Shown: positions 24,793 through 37,275 of the stretch, one piece after another
How positions within the stretch are numbered: position 1 is the stretch's first letter
How the letters are laid out: each line of letters opens with the position of its first letter
NCBI GenBank assembly: GCA_951804945.1
Contig: OX638163.1
Span: 47,926,001 to 47,990,000, forward strand
Origin: Podarcis cretensis
Taxonomy: Eukaryota
DNA length: 64,000 bases
Direction: 5' to 3'
Notes under the pieces: generated by a model
What the model saw: the letters and a program-made list of their open reading frames with translations, nothing else
The model's database searches: none
Told to the model about the DNA's origin: nothing
Position numbers and translations under genes: made by a program

Positions 24793-25660
24793 GCTACCAC
24801 TGTCCCCTCACTTTGACAGCCCCAATCATCAGCTAACCTGGGTAGGAATTATGGAAGTTGGGGTCCAACAACAGCAATGTCTCGGGACCTAAGCTTGAAG
24901 AACATTAACTATGCTCAGTATGCTTAGTGATCAATCATACAAGCAACAGCTAGCACTGACTATATGAAAGTGATGTGTCTCCTAGGATAGCTGTGAATGG
25001 CTTGAGATCCTAATTGCAAAAGTGGTACACTGATTGCTGGACTTTGGAGAGAAGTCCAGGATCCCTTGGGCTAGGGAGGTCTCAGGTGACCAACTAGAGA
25101 GCAGCTGATGATGTGGCAGTGGCAAACTAGCCAGCCTTAGCACCAGAGTTGGCCTGGGCATGGCAATGCTCACTTGGACTAGCTCTGGTTGGCACAACAT
25201 CCTCCCTCCCTTCCTTTAAAAAAGATTGTAGCCAGAGGCTGGGTACATACATGGTTGCAGATGCTGGTTTCGTTATTCTTACTTTAATAACTTATTAGCC
25301 TTTTCTACAATGGGATTGGGCTTATTCCCCAATAAATGTGCTTAGCATCTGAAGCAAACCTGGTTTTCTTCCTTTAGTCATGATGGTGCTATGATTTGTA
25401 TGAGATTAAAATGCAAAAGTGCACATACCTTTCTTTTAAAAATCTGGATTGGCAAGCTGTTTTTCTTTTCTTTTTTCTTGACCCTTTTGCTGTGACGTAC
25501 CTGGAATGTAGAAGTAGGGACAGGCTGGATGAAAGGAGAGATATGCCAATTGTGTGCTTCAGAAATGAAGTAATGCATATTCCACACCCTCTGTAGGGCC
25601 ATTAAAGTCCAGGGTCTAAAATTACTTTGCTACAAAACTATTAATAAGCAAGAATGCTTA

Positions 25661-25663
25661 ACA

Positions 25664-25716
<53 letters not shown>
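25661..25716. repeat. (CA)n(GA)n compound microsatellite
   Basis: Direct reading. Confidence 0.9.
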
Positions 25717-25720
<4 letters not shown>

Positions 25721-27124
25721 CCCCCTCCCTGACCTAAAAGCGTGCATCTCTGAATATATTCCTTTATGCAAGGGGGTGGGGGGCTTGCTTCCCCACTTGA
25801 AAACCATTATCCTGGAGAACGTATTTTGCTCCTAGTGATGCTCCACTTTGCACAAGGAAGTCTAGTTCTCTTCTGTTGAGTCTAATGAAGTCAATTAAGC
25901 ATTTTTCGTATCAAGCATTTGCTCGGACACCCTGTTCTTCTCAAAAGCATCTCCCTCCCCTTTTCTAATATGTTAACATAAATTGTGTCAGTCAGTGCCA
26001 TGAGCCCATTACATCAGCAGCCCAAGTCAATTAAGTCACTGCCCTACGCAACGTTTATCAGTTAACCTTCTCTTCTTCTTCTTCTTTTTTCCCCTTCTTC
26101 TTTTTTTTTTTTTGGTAATGTCTTGCACTAAGGGACAACTTGTATTTGACATCCTTTAATGTTTTCTGTAGCACGCAATTCCTGAAGGACTAATTAAATA
26201 AGTATGTTAATTAATAGATGGCGAGGTACAGAGAGCAGCAGATAAAAGCTAACTGTTGGCTTACATGGTTGGAGTCACGTTTGACAATTGTATTAGGAAC
26301 TGAACCATTGGCAAGAACTGAACAGGGAATCTCTTGAGCGGGTTGTGGATTCAGCACTCTTGTTAGGGAGGGGCATCCTTGCCAAAGTCAGCCTTTCACC
26401 ATTTTCACGTGTTACAGAGGGCAAACCCAGGTTGCCAACCATCAGTCAATCCTCATTCCCCTGAGGAGCATTCAGGTGTTTGGCATATTCAGCTGCTACA
26501 ATTTTAAGCAGCTTAAGGCAGGCAGTGATAAATATTAGGTGCAAAGAGGCACTTAAGCAGGAGTGAGAAGACCTGTGTTTTCCACACAGATGTTCTTGGA
26601 CTCCAACTCCCAACAGTCCCACCCAGCATGACCAGTAGTCAGGGGTGATGGGATTTGCATGCTGGTAGGTGGTTCCCCGTTTTCAACACATGGGGAATGT
26701 GCAGACATCCAGGTTTGTTTGTTTTTTATTTGACAGAAGTGGGTGCAGCCAAGTGGGTTTTACAGCTCTGCTTCAACCTTGATTCACTTCTTGGTGTGTC
26801 ATGTATTTCCTACCTGGAATGGAATAGTCTTCGTCTTCAATTCCACCAATATCCACACAGAGCTGTGTCCAGAGTTAGTTGTACAGTTAGGCAGAGTGGG
26901 CTGATTGGTAAGGAAGGGAGCACAGATGGATTCATCCCCTTCCCACCATTCCTCCTGAGACTTTTGGTTGTTCCCCTCTGTTGGAGGACAGAGCTCTGTG
27001 TCCTGTACCCTCCAAGCAAGCCTTCCATGACCAGTGTCAAATTACAATTCAGCTGCCAGTTCAGTTGGTTTCAGTAAACTGAATGGGGAAACACCCATCA
27101 GTTGCCTTAGGCAGCAAAATTTTT

Positions 27125-27364
27125 TTAATTCATTACTCGTTTATTGCATTTCTATCTCACCTTTTTCTCAAAGGAGCTCAAGGTGGCGCACATGGTTCTC
27201 CTCTTCTTCAATTAATCCCTACAACAGCCCTGTGAGGTAGGTTAGGCTGAGGGCAGTGATTGGCCCAGGGTCACCCAGTGAGCTTCATGGCCGAGTGGGG
27301 ATTTGAACCCTAGTCTCCCAGTCCTTAGTTTGACACTCTAACCACTACACCACACCGGCTCTCT
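27125..27364 (-). mobile_element. MIR/Squam3-like SINE
   Basis: Ends CTCTAACCACTACACCACACCGGCTCTC; contains core CCCTGTGAGGTAGG. Confidence 0.75.
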
Positions 27365-27750
27365 ATGAAATTTCCCAGGTTTGGCTGCATCCAGTAATTT
27401 GAGGAATGAGGAACACCTGTGTCCGCCCCCGATTTTGTTGGACTGCAACTCCCATCAGCTCTAGCCAAGATGGCCTACCGTTAGGGATGATGAGAATTGT
27501 AGTCCTACACCATATCATGCCTCTTTGGATGCTGCTTTTGCTTAATTAGGGAAAAAAAGTTAAAAGGGAGATTGTTTTGCCTTAAATTGATTTTTTAAAG
27601 GGGGAAATGCAACTATATTAACTGTCCCTTAAGGACGAATTTTATGATATTACAACGCAGTACAAACGTGTTAATAATGTTTACCCTCAGGCCTCTTGAA
27701 ATTGAAATCAATGACTCAGTGAGTGTCAAACACAACTGAGTTAAAGCTTG

Positions 27751-27797
<47 letters not shown>

Positions 27798-28461
27798 AAT
27801 AAATCAAGAGGGAGAACAATCTGGTTCACAAAGTACACTGAGCCACGGCTTATTAATCTGTGATTTGTTTGATCATCCAAACCTTCCGCAGCTGCTTAAC
27901 TGTGGCTTATTTAGTGCCAACAAACCACAATGTGAAGCCTAGCTTGTTCATGGCTTACAAACCATGGGTGGCTTTAACTATGGGGTGGTATTACTTGTGA
28001 GCACAGTGGCCTTCCTTAGCCATTAGGCCACCCCACCCCAGTGGCTGACAAAGATGCAAAGGCACAAGGCAAGAGCATCTGGAAAACAAAGCAAACTTTG
28101 CAGAAATGGTGGGGGTTGGGACAACTCATGGTTTGTTAAACAAACTATAGACTGAACAAACCATGGCTTACTATTCAGTGACTTGAAGTCAAACATCAGT
28201 GTGGTACAATTGGCCATGTATTTAAAACCCAGCCTTCCCCAGCCTTATACCCACCAGATGCTTTAGACACCAGCAATCATCATTCCTTACCCTTGGTCAT
28301 GCTGGCTGGATGTGAAGCACTGGCTGGTAGGAAAGCAAGTGCTTTATCTTAGAGCATCCTTTTCCAAACTGGGGGACTCTGAACTAACATCATCCCTACT
28401 AAAACTGGCTTGGGCTGACAGGAGTAAGAGTCCAACAAACATCTAGAGGCCAGCAGGCTGC

Positions 28462-29044
28462 TGTCACAGGAGTGTGCTAATCAGTAATCACACAGTTCAA
28501 AGTTGGAGTTAACTAATTATTAGCAAAACATGATCTCCACAGACTTGGTTGAGTAGCAGGCCCAATGAACAGAGCAGCTCATCCCCAGTAGCCTTACTCC
28601 TTGAAAATCAGTTGCTGAGACTGAAAGTCCCCACCTCCTCACAGCCATCTAAGTCCGCTCCTTTCCAGGGCTTTTCCCAAGCAATCGGAGACAGTGGCTG
28701 TGTGTAGCCAACCTCTCCTCTGCCCTTTTCATGCCTTTTCTGGTTCTGGGAAACCAGGGGGGAGGGGAGCTTGTTGCAGCAGGAGGGTGAGGAACCATTG
28801 TCTCTTCACCAGCCTGACTCATCTCTGCCTCTCAACCTTCCTCCTACCCTACTTCAGCTTCTTCCTCTGCCACAGACTCTCCCAGCTTACTAAACCCTGT
28901 TGCCTCTTCAGCTTCCAACACCTCCTCCTCCCAGGCTTCTCACTGTTGTCCCACCACCACTCCTCAGGCTCTGAGCCTTTCTTCCCTTGGTGGTTCCCCA
29001 ACTGGTGCCTCCCACCATTTCTCTGGGCCAACCAGTCCACAACA
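28462..29044 (-). mobile_element. Solo LTR
   Basis: TG...CA termini, 5-bp flanks GCTGC/TCTGC, homologous along its length to 11117-11721. Confidence 0.7.
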
Positions 29045-29139
29045 TCTGCTTTGGTTAAAAAAAAGGAAAGCACACCCTCTGGTGGCCTGGGGTGATTTGT
29101 GGTGTGGTCATTACAGCAGAAAGACTCAAAGATGGGTCT

Positions 29140-29610
29140 CATAAGCACAGAGGAAGCTGCCTCATACTACCTCAGAGCATTGGCCCATCTGGCTCAGTAC
29201 TGCCTAGCAGTGTTTCTCAAACTTGGGTCTCCAGTTGTTGTTGGACTACAACTCCCATTATCCATAGCTAGTGGGACAAGTGGTCATGGGTGATGGGGAC
29301 AACAGCTGGGGGCCCAAGTTTGAGAAACAATACGCAGTGGCTCTCCAGAGTTTCAGGCAGGCAGTATTTCCCGGTCCAACCTGGGGATGCCATCAAGGAT
29401 TAAATCTGGGACTTTCCACATGCAAAGTAGATGTTCTACCACGGAACACCTCCCCTAAACAGTGGTTTCTGATTTTGCTTCAGGGGCAAGGTATGGTAGC
29501 TCTTCAGAGTGTCTGGCAGGTGACACTCCCATCGTTACCTGGAGATGCCAGGGATCGAACCTGGGATCTTCTGCATGCAAAGCAGATGCTCTACCACTGA
29601 GCTACAGCCT
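29140..29610 (-). mobile_element. tRNA-derived SINE fragments with a CR1-like tail, interrupted by a hAT MITE; related copies at about 21660-21720, 24030-24151, 41880-42005 and 42725-42770
   Basis: GGGATCGAACCTGGGATCTTCTGCATGCAAAGCAGATGCTCTACCACTGAGCTA is the reverse complement of a tRNA-like head. Confidence 0.65.
29208..29331. mobile_element. hAT-type MITE
   Basis: Terminal inverted repeat TGTTTCTCAAACTTGGG / CCCAAGTTTGAGAAACA. Confidence 0.65.
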
Positions 29611-30247
29611 CTACCCAGAGGACCTAGAAGTGTTGGTGAAGAGCTATGGTCCATTTTCACACTTACTTGCCATTTGCCTGTGTTTGCTCCTGTTGCACTT
29701 CATCTCCATCAAGGCACTTCCAACCCCTCATTTTCTCTTCAGTGACAGATGCAAGGCTTCAAAGCTCCAGATTTCGACTTCCAAGTGTTTTGCCGACAAT
29801 CGGCATGACACACAGCTTGTGTTTTTTCCTTGTTGCTTGCTTTTTGTGGCTTCCTCAGCTGTGATACCCATTTGCCTCTTTGGATTTTGACTTTCCAATA
29901 GGCACCGTAGTTCATGCTTTCTGCTGGATTTATTGCAGCCAAGGAAGGAGTGAGGGGCATGAGTGAAATGCAGCTATGATTTGTAGCAGTTGGGTTTTAA
30001 AATACTGGAAAGCAAAATAGCGTGTTAATTTGAGTATGCCTAACTCATGTTTCCCCAAAGTATGAAACACAGCTGTCCTTCGAAACTTGCACCTCTCAAA
30101 ATTTTGCAATGCAGTTCTCTAGCCAAAAAAATAAAGTGTACAGAAATGCATATATTGGGAGTATTCTGCATTAAAAATGCATATATTGCTGAAAATAATG
30201 TACAAAAGTATTTTGTATCAGTAAAACATCTTGCAAAAATGTTCATA

Positions 30248-30490
30248 CAGTGCTACCTCAATTTTTGAGCATCTCAGAAGCCAAACATTTTGGTTTTTAA
30301 CCACCAAAAACCTAGAAGTAAATGCTTCCGTTTTCGAACACACCTCGGAAGTTGAATGGCTTCCACTGCATCTCCGCCCCCATTTTCTCCATTGACTTTA
30401 CTGACCACCCTTTGCTCCTCGGTTGTCGAACGTTTCAGAAGTTGAATGGTCTTCTAGAATGGATTACGTTTGACAACTGAGGTACCACTG
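30248..30490. mobile_element. Tc1/mariner-type MITE
   Basis: TA-CAGTGCTACCTC...GAGGTACCACTG-TA. Confidence 0.85.
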
Positions 30491-30612
30491 TATCAGGCAA
30501 AATTGCATGGACAAACTGTACCTGTCAGGAGTAATGCATCCTAAAAGGCTGCTGATTTTTGTGAGGCCTTTTTCTAACAGCAACAACTAAATATCACAAC
30601 TGATGCAGAAAT

Positions 30613-30709
30613 TTTATGGCCACATGACCCTGATTTCATCTGATCTCAGAAACTAAGCAGGGTCAGGCCTGAAGGGTACTTGGTTGGGAGGCCACTTGGG
30701 ACTACAGGT
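30613..30709 (+). pseudogene. 5S rRNA-derived pseudogene or SINE3-like head
   Basis: TATGGCCACATGACCCTGA-TTTCATCTGATCTCAGAAACTAAGCAGGGTCAGGCCTG..GTACTTGGTTGGGAG aligns to vertebrate 5S rRNA with a deletion of about 10 nt. Confidence 0.8.
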
Positions 30710-30710
30710 T

Positions 30711-30950
30711 CAGTGGTACCTCGGTTTTCAAATGTAATCCATTCCGGAAGACCATTTGAGTTCTGAAACATTCAAAAGCCAAAACCTCAATAGCCGACAG
30801 CTAGCATTCAGGATCTTGCACCCAGCGGAAGCCGCGTGGCATGTTCGACTTCCAAAAAGTGTTAGAAAACAAGCATTTATATCTGGGTTTATGGCTTTCA
30901 AAAACCAAAACGTTTGACTTCCGAGATGTTCAAAAACCGAGGTACCACTG
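30711..30950. mobile_element. Tc1/mariner-type MITE, inverted relative of 30248-30490
   Basis: CAGTGGTACCTCGGTTTT / AAAACCGAGGTACCACTG-TA. Confidence 0.85.
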
Positions 30951-31769
30951 TAAAGTCTCCAACTGCCCCCAAAATGCTGGGACTGTCATGAAAACCCTTA
31001 AGCCACCAAGGTATCTTATTTTGTCACACAGAGTCCCAACTTCCCATCTTTGTTGAGGTACGTTAACTGGAAATGGCTTCATATTAGGGGAAGCGTGAGT
31101 TGGTGACTGAGGCGGCCTCCTCCTCCTCCTCCTCTTCCTCGTCCTCCTCCTCCTTTGTCATCGCTCTTGGGAGTTGGAGAAGGAGGGGTGGGGAAAGAGG
31201 AAACAGTCTTGCACCAGGTCCTCCTAGGGAGGGAGCCAGGCAGGCTGTCCAGCTGGTGGTGGAGCAGCAGCAGGGAAAGGAAGAAGAAGGGAGAGCAAGG
31301 CAAGAGGGATGCCCATGCCTCCATCCCTGCCACAGGAGGCTGGGGCTCTCCTGCCTGGCAGGCCCCCAGCCACTCACCCAGCTGGCCATGCTGAATAAAA
31401 ATGAGAAGGAGAAAGTGAGCCAGGTCAGGCCTGAAGAGAAGGCAGCAGCTGGAGGAGACCCTAGGAAGGAGTGGGCTCTTGGGGGGGGATGTGCAATGGA
31501 GATGGGTGTTGCTGGTGGGGTGCAGGCAAGCCTGTGGGGGGCTGGAGTTTGAGGGGTGGGGGCACGGATGTTGTGGTGGTTGAGGGTGGGTGCTGGAATT
31601 AGCTGGGCTCTGGTTGTTTGCAAAATGAAAAACTTTAATAAAAATATTAACATGCCCCCCCCAAAAAGCCTCTCCCCCCCCCCCCAGCAGTGATAGTGAT
31701 GTGGAATAGAATGTCCCTGTTTTCAACAGAGGAATTTCGGAGGGTATGGTACAGGGTAATGTAGCCTTT

Positions 31770-32023
31770 AGAAGACAATGAGGTGTGTATTGGCTTGACT
31801 GTTGGGCTAAGTTCTGGGAACCAGGGTTCGAATCCACACTCTGCCATGAAACTCGCTTAGGTGATCTTGGGCCATTCACTGCCTCTCAGTCTAACCTTCC
31901 TCACAGGGTTGTTGTGACCAGAAAATGGAGAGGAAGAGGAACTATGGAAGCCAATTTGAGCTCCATAGAAGGAAAAAGGAGGGAATGAATGAATGAATGA
32001 ATGAATGAATGAATGAATGAATG
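31770..32023 (+). mobile_element. MIR/Squam3-like SINE with (GAAT)n tail
   Basis: GGTTCGAATCC B box, CTCACAGGGTTGTTGTG core, (GAAT)n at 31983-32023. Confidence 0.7.
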
Positions 32024-33607
32024 AAATGTTCAGAGCTGAGCTTAAGAATGAGAAAGAAGAAGAAAAGCTGAAACTGACAAATCTGCTCCATCCCTAATGC
32101 CCAGGCAGGCTGCCAACTGCTGACCCTGGCTGATAGATCACAACTCTGCCATGTCTGTCTGATGAGTGGATTCCTCCTTCTGAGCACAGGGAGCTGCTCT
32201 TCCGCCCATCAGCCTCCCCGTGGAGCCACTTGCTTCTTAAGCACAATCACACTCTTGTGGTTTTGGCTTGAAAAGCAAGTTCTGTTTGGATTTGGGTTTT
32301 TAAACAGCAGCATTGCTCATGTTCTGAATAACACAAAACGAAAATAATTATCTCCAAAGTATTTAGTCAGTATGTTAAAAAGAATGAATTGTGTGTGTTG
32401 TGTTAACTGCCATATGTTTGTCAAAATGCTAATTAAAATGTGTGTGCTTCCTGGGCTATTTTTACTCCTGCATCCCAACCTTGCTCGGCAATCTGCCATA
32501 ATGAGGGACTAACAGGCAGTTGAAAATTTCAAGCTCCTGTTTTTGAACAGAGCTTTAAAAAATATTTCATTTATTAATTTCATTTCTGTCCCCTGCCCCT
32601 CCTCCCCAAGGAGCCCAGGGTAGCAAGCAAACACACAATTTAAGAACAAAAAGAAAACAAATAAATTCTAAAACAAATTAAAGCTTTCTAAAAACAATCA
32701 GAATTAAAATGTCTAAAAGCAGTTTCCGTTTAAAATATTCGAAAAGCTATCACAGTGTCCTTCATCCACCAAATGCCTGATTATACAGGAATGTTTTCAA
32801 ATTCCTCCTGAAAGTTACTAATGGCAGGGATCTTACTCGGGAGGGCATTCCACAATGGGGGAGCCACCACTGAAAAGGGCCTGCCATGTGTCAGCGCCGG
32901 TCAGGCAGCCCTGGTGGCAGCAGCAGCAAGGCCTCATCTGGTGATTATAGGGTCCAAAATAGTTGATACTGGAGAAGGCCCTATGAGTGGGAGTGATGAC
33001 TAGGCAGAGGATTCCCCCCCCCCCCCCGACACACATATTTGATATCTGCATCCTTCCACAAAGGGGGCCTTCACCCTGTGCTGGCCTCCCCAAACAATAC
33101 ATCAAACTCAGAGCAACTGGGATCAGATAGGTTTAGGCCTTCCAGCCCACATGGTCACTTTCACGTGGAGCTGCCCTTGGCTTCAGTTACAACGCAGGTG
33201 GAATGCTTCACTACAATGACATACTTTCCTGCACCTAGAAAATTAGCACATGAGGGATTGATGCGGAATCATGATCTCATAGTGTTGGAGAGGACATCCA
33301 AGGTCGTTTAGGGTTGTTGCTCTCCCAAATCTGGAAAGTTGCTGCCAATCAGTGTATACAGTGCTGAGTAAAATAGACCAGTGGTCTGACTTGATATAAA
33401 GCAGCATATTCCTATGAGAAGGTGAGGGTGATATTTATTTTTTTCCCCTTTATTTTTTATCTTGCCCCTTCTCCATGGGGCTCTGGGTGTCATATTTCGC
33501 TCTCATCCACCCACCCATTATATCTTCATAGCAATTCTGTGAGGTGGGTCAGGCCGACCAAGGGATGGTTGATCTAAATTAACCCAGTGAGCTTTAAGGG
33601 TGAGCAG

Positions 33608-34090
33608 CAATTAGAGATTGGCAAATAAAGTTATTTGAATTTGTAGAACTTGGAAAAATGACACAAAAAATTAGAAACCAAAAAAATACAAAGTTTATTA
33701 ACGACTGGAATAAATTTATGATCTACATTGAAGGGAATTATAAGAACCTAAAAACTACAGCAGGACTGATATAGATCTTACGATGTGCAAAATATTATAA
33801 TTATCAACTGCAGGAGAAATAAATTATTCATATTAAGAAGCCTGATACCGGGAGGGATGGAAGTCAATAGAGGTGCAGAAGAATGATTGAAATATTTAAA
33901 GATATAAAGATATAAATGAGAAGACAAAGAAACGTAACGGAAATTGATATTATTTACATGTTATGTTTAGATATTTATTTAATTTTCTTTTTGTGTTTTT
34001 GTGTTTTTTGCAACTGTTGTAACTGGTGATCTGTTGTGTTTTTTTTCCGGTGATTCAAGTGAAAATTAATAAAAAGAAATAAAAAAAGGG
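33608..34090 (+). mobile_element. L1 3' end inserted in a MIR/Squam3-like SINE
   Basis: WQIKLFEFVELGKMT-like ORF2 terminus and poly(A). TSD GGGTGAGCAG at 33598-33607 and 34091-34100. Confidence 0.75.
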
Positions 34091-34989
34091 GGGTGAGCAG
34101 GGATTTGTTTGCACACAGGATATTGTAGAGCTTGCAAAGTGTCCTGAAAACCCTCTTAGGAGGAAAGGTTAAAATATTTGGGGCTCTGTGATTTAGTGGG
34201 GGGTGAAGGTGAGGGTGAGGGGGAAGTCACTAAGAGGGTACCTGTAGAAGTGTACAAGATTATCCATGATGTCAAAAAAGGTGAATATGGAGTTTTTCTC
34301 CCTGTCACATAACCTTGGAACCTGAGCTGGAAGCTGCCCATTAGAAGATCCAGGGCTGGTAAAAGAAAGTACATATTTAGGAAGCACAGAGTTAAACTAT
34401 GGAATTTGCTACCACAAAATGGCCACCAATTTGCACAGCTTTTAAAAGGGAACTAGACAAATTGCATTTTATTTGTTTATTCATAACAATATTTGTATAC
34501 CACTATACCCCTTAAAATTATTAAAGCAGTTTATAGCAGTTATAAAAGTATAAAGAGCATAAAAGCATGCAGTAAAAGCTTTAAAAGTTCAAAACAAAAA
34601 ACTCATAATTTCCTGCATAGGCCTGGTGGAATAGAACAGTTTTCAGCAGGCATTTAAATGTTGGGACAAAAGGATAAATTCATGCAGGACAAGGCTATCA
34701 GTAATGGCTAGTTGTGGTGGCTTATTACCTCCGATATCAGAGACTTGAAGCTTTTCTGACCACAAAGATATCTCACTGGCAGGGAAAATGTGACCAGCTA
34801 ATTCCTTTGCTAGTTGTGAGTTTGTTAAAGTCTCAGGAGCCCAGGCACAAACCAAAGATGGCAACTCTTTTTGTGGAACTTCAAAAGACACTTAAAACTT
34901 TGATTTCCTCATTGCATTTTCATTTCCCTTCAAAGGGATGTTTGGGCCACGGAGTTCATGCCAGAGTAGAACACACCCTCCTCTACCCA

Positions 34990-35142
34990 TCTGATTATCC
35001 TCACAAAAGCCCTGTGTGGTCGGTCAGGCTGAGAGATAATGGCTGAGCGGATGCTGCCTACGAGCTTCATGGTTGAGTGGGGATTTGAACCCCATTTCCC
35101 TTGATTTTAGCCCCACACTCTTAACTGCTATGCTGTGCTGGC
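34990..35142 (-). mobile_element. MIR/Squam3-like SINE fragment
   Basis: GAGCTTCATGG..GAGTGGGGATTTGAACCC. Confidence 0.6.
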
Positions 35143-35444
35143 CACACTTGTCTTTGTTCACATCCTCTGTCTCTGCCTGGCGAACAGATCTTGAAAACTC
35201 ATGTGCCACTCACAGCCGCTGAGATTGATTCAACCAACAACCTCCTCCTTGCTTCTGCTCTCTGCCTTGCCAAGGCAGAAGGAAAAGTGCCAGCTGTCAA
35301 AATAGGAAGACAAGGCCTCCCAACGAGCTATTTGTAATGCCTTTTTAAGGTTGCAAAGAAAGCCGACATCGATCGCAAATAAGATCACTGCTTAGCTGCA
35401 TGGTTCGCAGCAATGCAGTATTTTCTTTTATGAAAAGAAAAACA

Positions 35445-35575
35445 GGTGGCCACATGACCCGGAAGGCTGTCCGTGGACAAATGCTGGCTCTCCCGGCCTG
35501 AAAAGTGTGATGAGTGCCACAACCCCATAGTTGCCTTTGACTGAACTTAACCATTCAGGGGTCTTTTACCTTTTT
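35445..35575 (+). mobile_element. Sauria SINE 3' fragment
   Basis: GGCCACATGACCCGGAAG...AACCCC...TTTTACCTTT. Confidence 0.7.
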
Positions 35576-37074
35576 TTCTTATTTCTTTTACACTTCCAGT
35601 ATATAACTTGTGATCAGCTTAAGTGCAACATCACCTTTGGCCAGATATGCCCCCGTGACCACTTTGTTCTGCAGAACTGGTTCCATTGTAGGTGCTGCAC
35701 GATACCCATTCAGCGCTTGTAAGCAATCAATCTTGTAGTGTGGCAGCACCTGCGCTTTTGAACTCCCTTCCTAGTGACATCAGGCAGGTGACTTAACTGT
35801 ACTCTTTCTGGTGCCTGCTAGAAAATTTTTTTTTTTCAGTAAGCCTACCCAAATATGCAGAATGTTGTGTTTGTTTGTTTTTTAAAAAAACCAATTTGAG
35901 TTTATCACTGACTCTTATTTTTCTCAAACATTTTAAATAGTTGTTTTTAACAGCTTACAGCTTTTATTGATAATTTTATTGTTTTATTCATTTTGCAAAC
36001 CACTTGGAAAGTTTTTTGTAAAAACAACAATAGCAATCAAGCAGGATATAAATTCTATGAAATAAATGAATAAAACCTCTCCACAGTTAGCAAGCATTGG
36101 GATAGCAATGTGCACAGCTCATTTCAATGGAGCAGTAGAAGCTGGCTCATTTGGATGAATGGGGCAGTACCTCACCAACCTCAGCCTGCTCTCAGTCAGC
36201 CCCCACCTGTCTGCTTTCTCACCTGTATCCAGCCTAAAGGAGGGCACTGCCTGCCAGCATCCTCCTCCTTGGTCTCAGTGTTGCCTCATGTAGTATTCAG
36301 CAGGGAGGAGAGAGGAGGCAAAGCTAGACTCAGCTGGTTCTGCCTGTCATTGGCTCTAGTGCTGCCAGGTGCTGGGCTCCATGCTTACCAACCACAGTGC
36401 TGGATCATGCCCCTGATAATCTGAATCAGGCTGCCTTGCAAAAGAGCTTGCTGATAAGATCTTGCCACTTCCAAAGGTGTCTGTTTAAAACCCTTGTTTT
36501 AATTGATTCATTAATTGATAACAAAACCCTTTTTGGAAATAACACCCCTCTCTTAAAAGACCACTTTGCTTTTTAATAAGAAGTGACTCTTGTCCAAGGA
36601 GGCAGTAGCAGTGTTTTCAATTTAGCTACAGTCAGGGAGCTGAAATAGGAGTTCAAAGGAATTTCCCCACGATAAGAGAAATGTAGTTGGTAATGACCTT
36701 CCTCAGTAATTAAATGCCAGGGTGACATAACGGAAGTGGTGTCCGCTGTCCTGTTTCTTGGGATGAAGAACACTGATGAGGTGGGTCAGGGGGGTCCTGT
36801 TAGCCAGAGTGATGGAGAAATTTGTGTCTGTCTTCAGTGTGGTGCAGGGAGCAGAGTGTTGGGGCGGAGAAGACAATTTTAAAACATTGTTCAGCCACAA
36901 CAAGGACTAAGTGATTGTGAGCTACATCAGGCCTGGGGGAAAATGTGGTCCTCCAGTCCTTGGTATCTGGCCAGGACCCCTCTCCCCAGTCATACTTCTC
37001 ACTGTCTCTGCTTTCCACCCCAGTTGCATTTGCCTGACAGCAATCTGTCCTTGAACTCTGATCATGCTTGCCTA

Positions 37075-37275
37075 GTGACCTCAGTGGTGCAGAGTGCCTT
37101 CCATCAGCTTTGGATAGACCTGTGTCTCTATCTGGACAGGGACAGCCTAACTACTATTGTCTATGCTCTGGTAACCTCTAGGTTAGATTCCTGCAACACA
37201 TTATATATTGGGCTGCCTCTGAAGATGGTTCAGAAACTTCAGCTAGTGCAGAATTCGGCAGCCAGATTGCTGTCC
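37075..37275 (+). mobile_element. L2 LINE RT fragment
   Basis: ALVTSRLDSCNTLYIGLPLKMVQKLQLVQNSAARLL is a diagnostic L2 peptide. Confidence 0.85.

Noticed and set aside
29545-29610. tRNA gene
   Set aside because: It is the head of a multi-copy SINE without a complete acceptor stem.
30613-30709. Functional 5S rRNA gene
   Set aside because: Internal deletion, many substitutions, truncated 3' end, single copy.
31079-31879. Long overlapping ORFs (266, 189 and 150 aa)
   Set aside because: They arise from GA/CT low-complexity sequence plus a SINE, with no domain motifs or splice structure.
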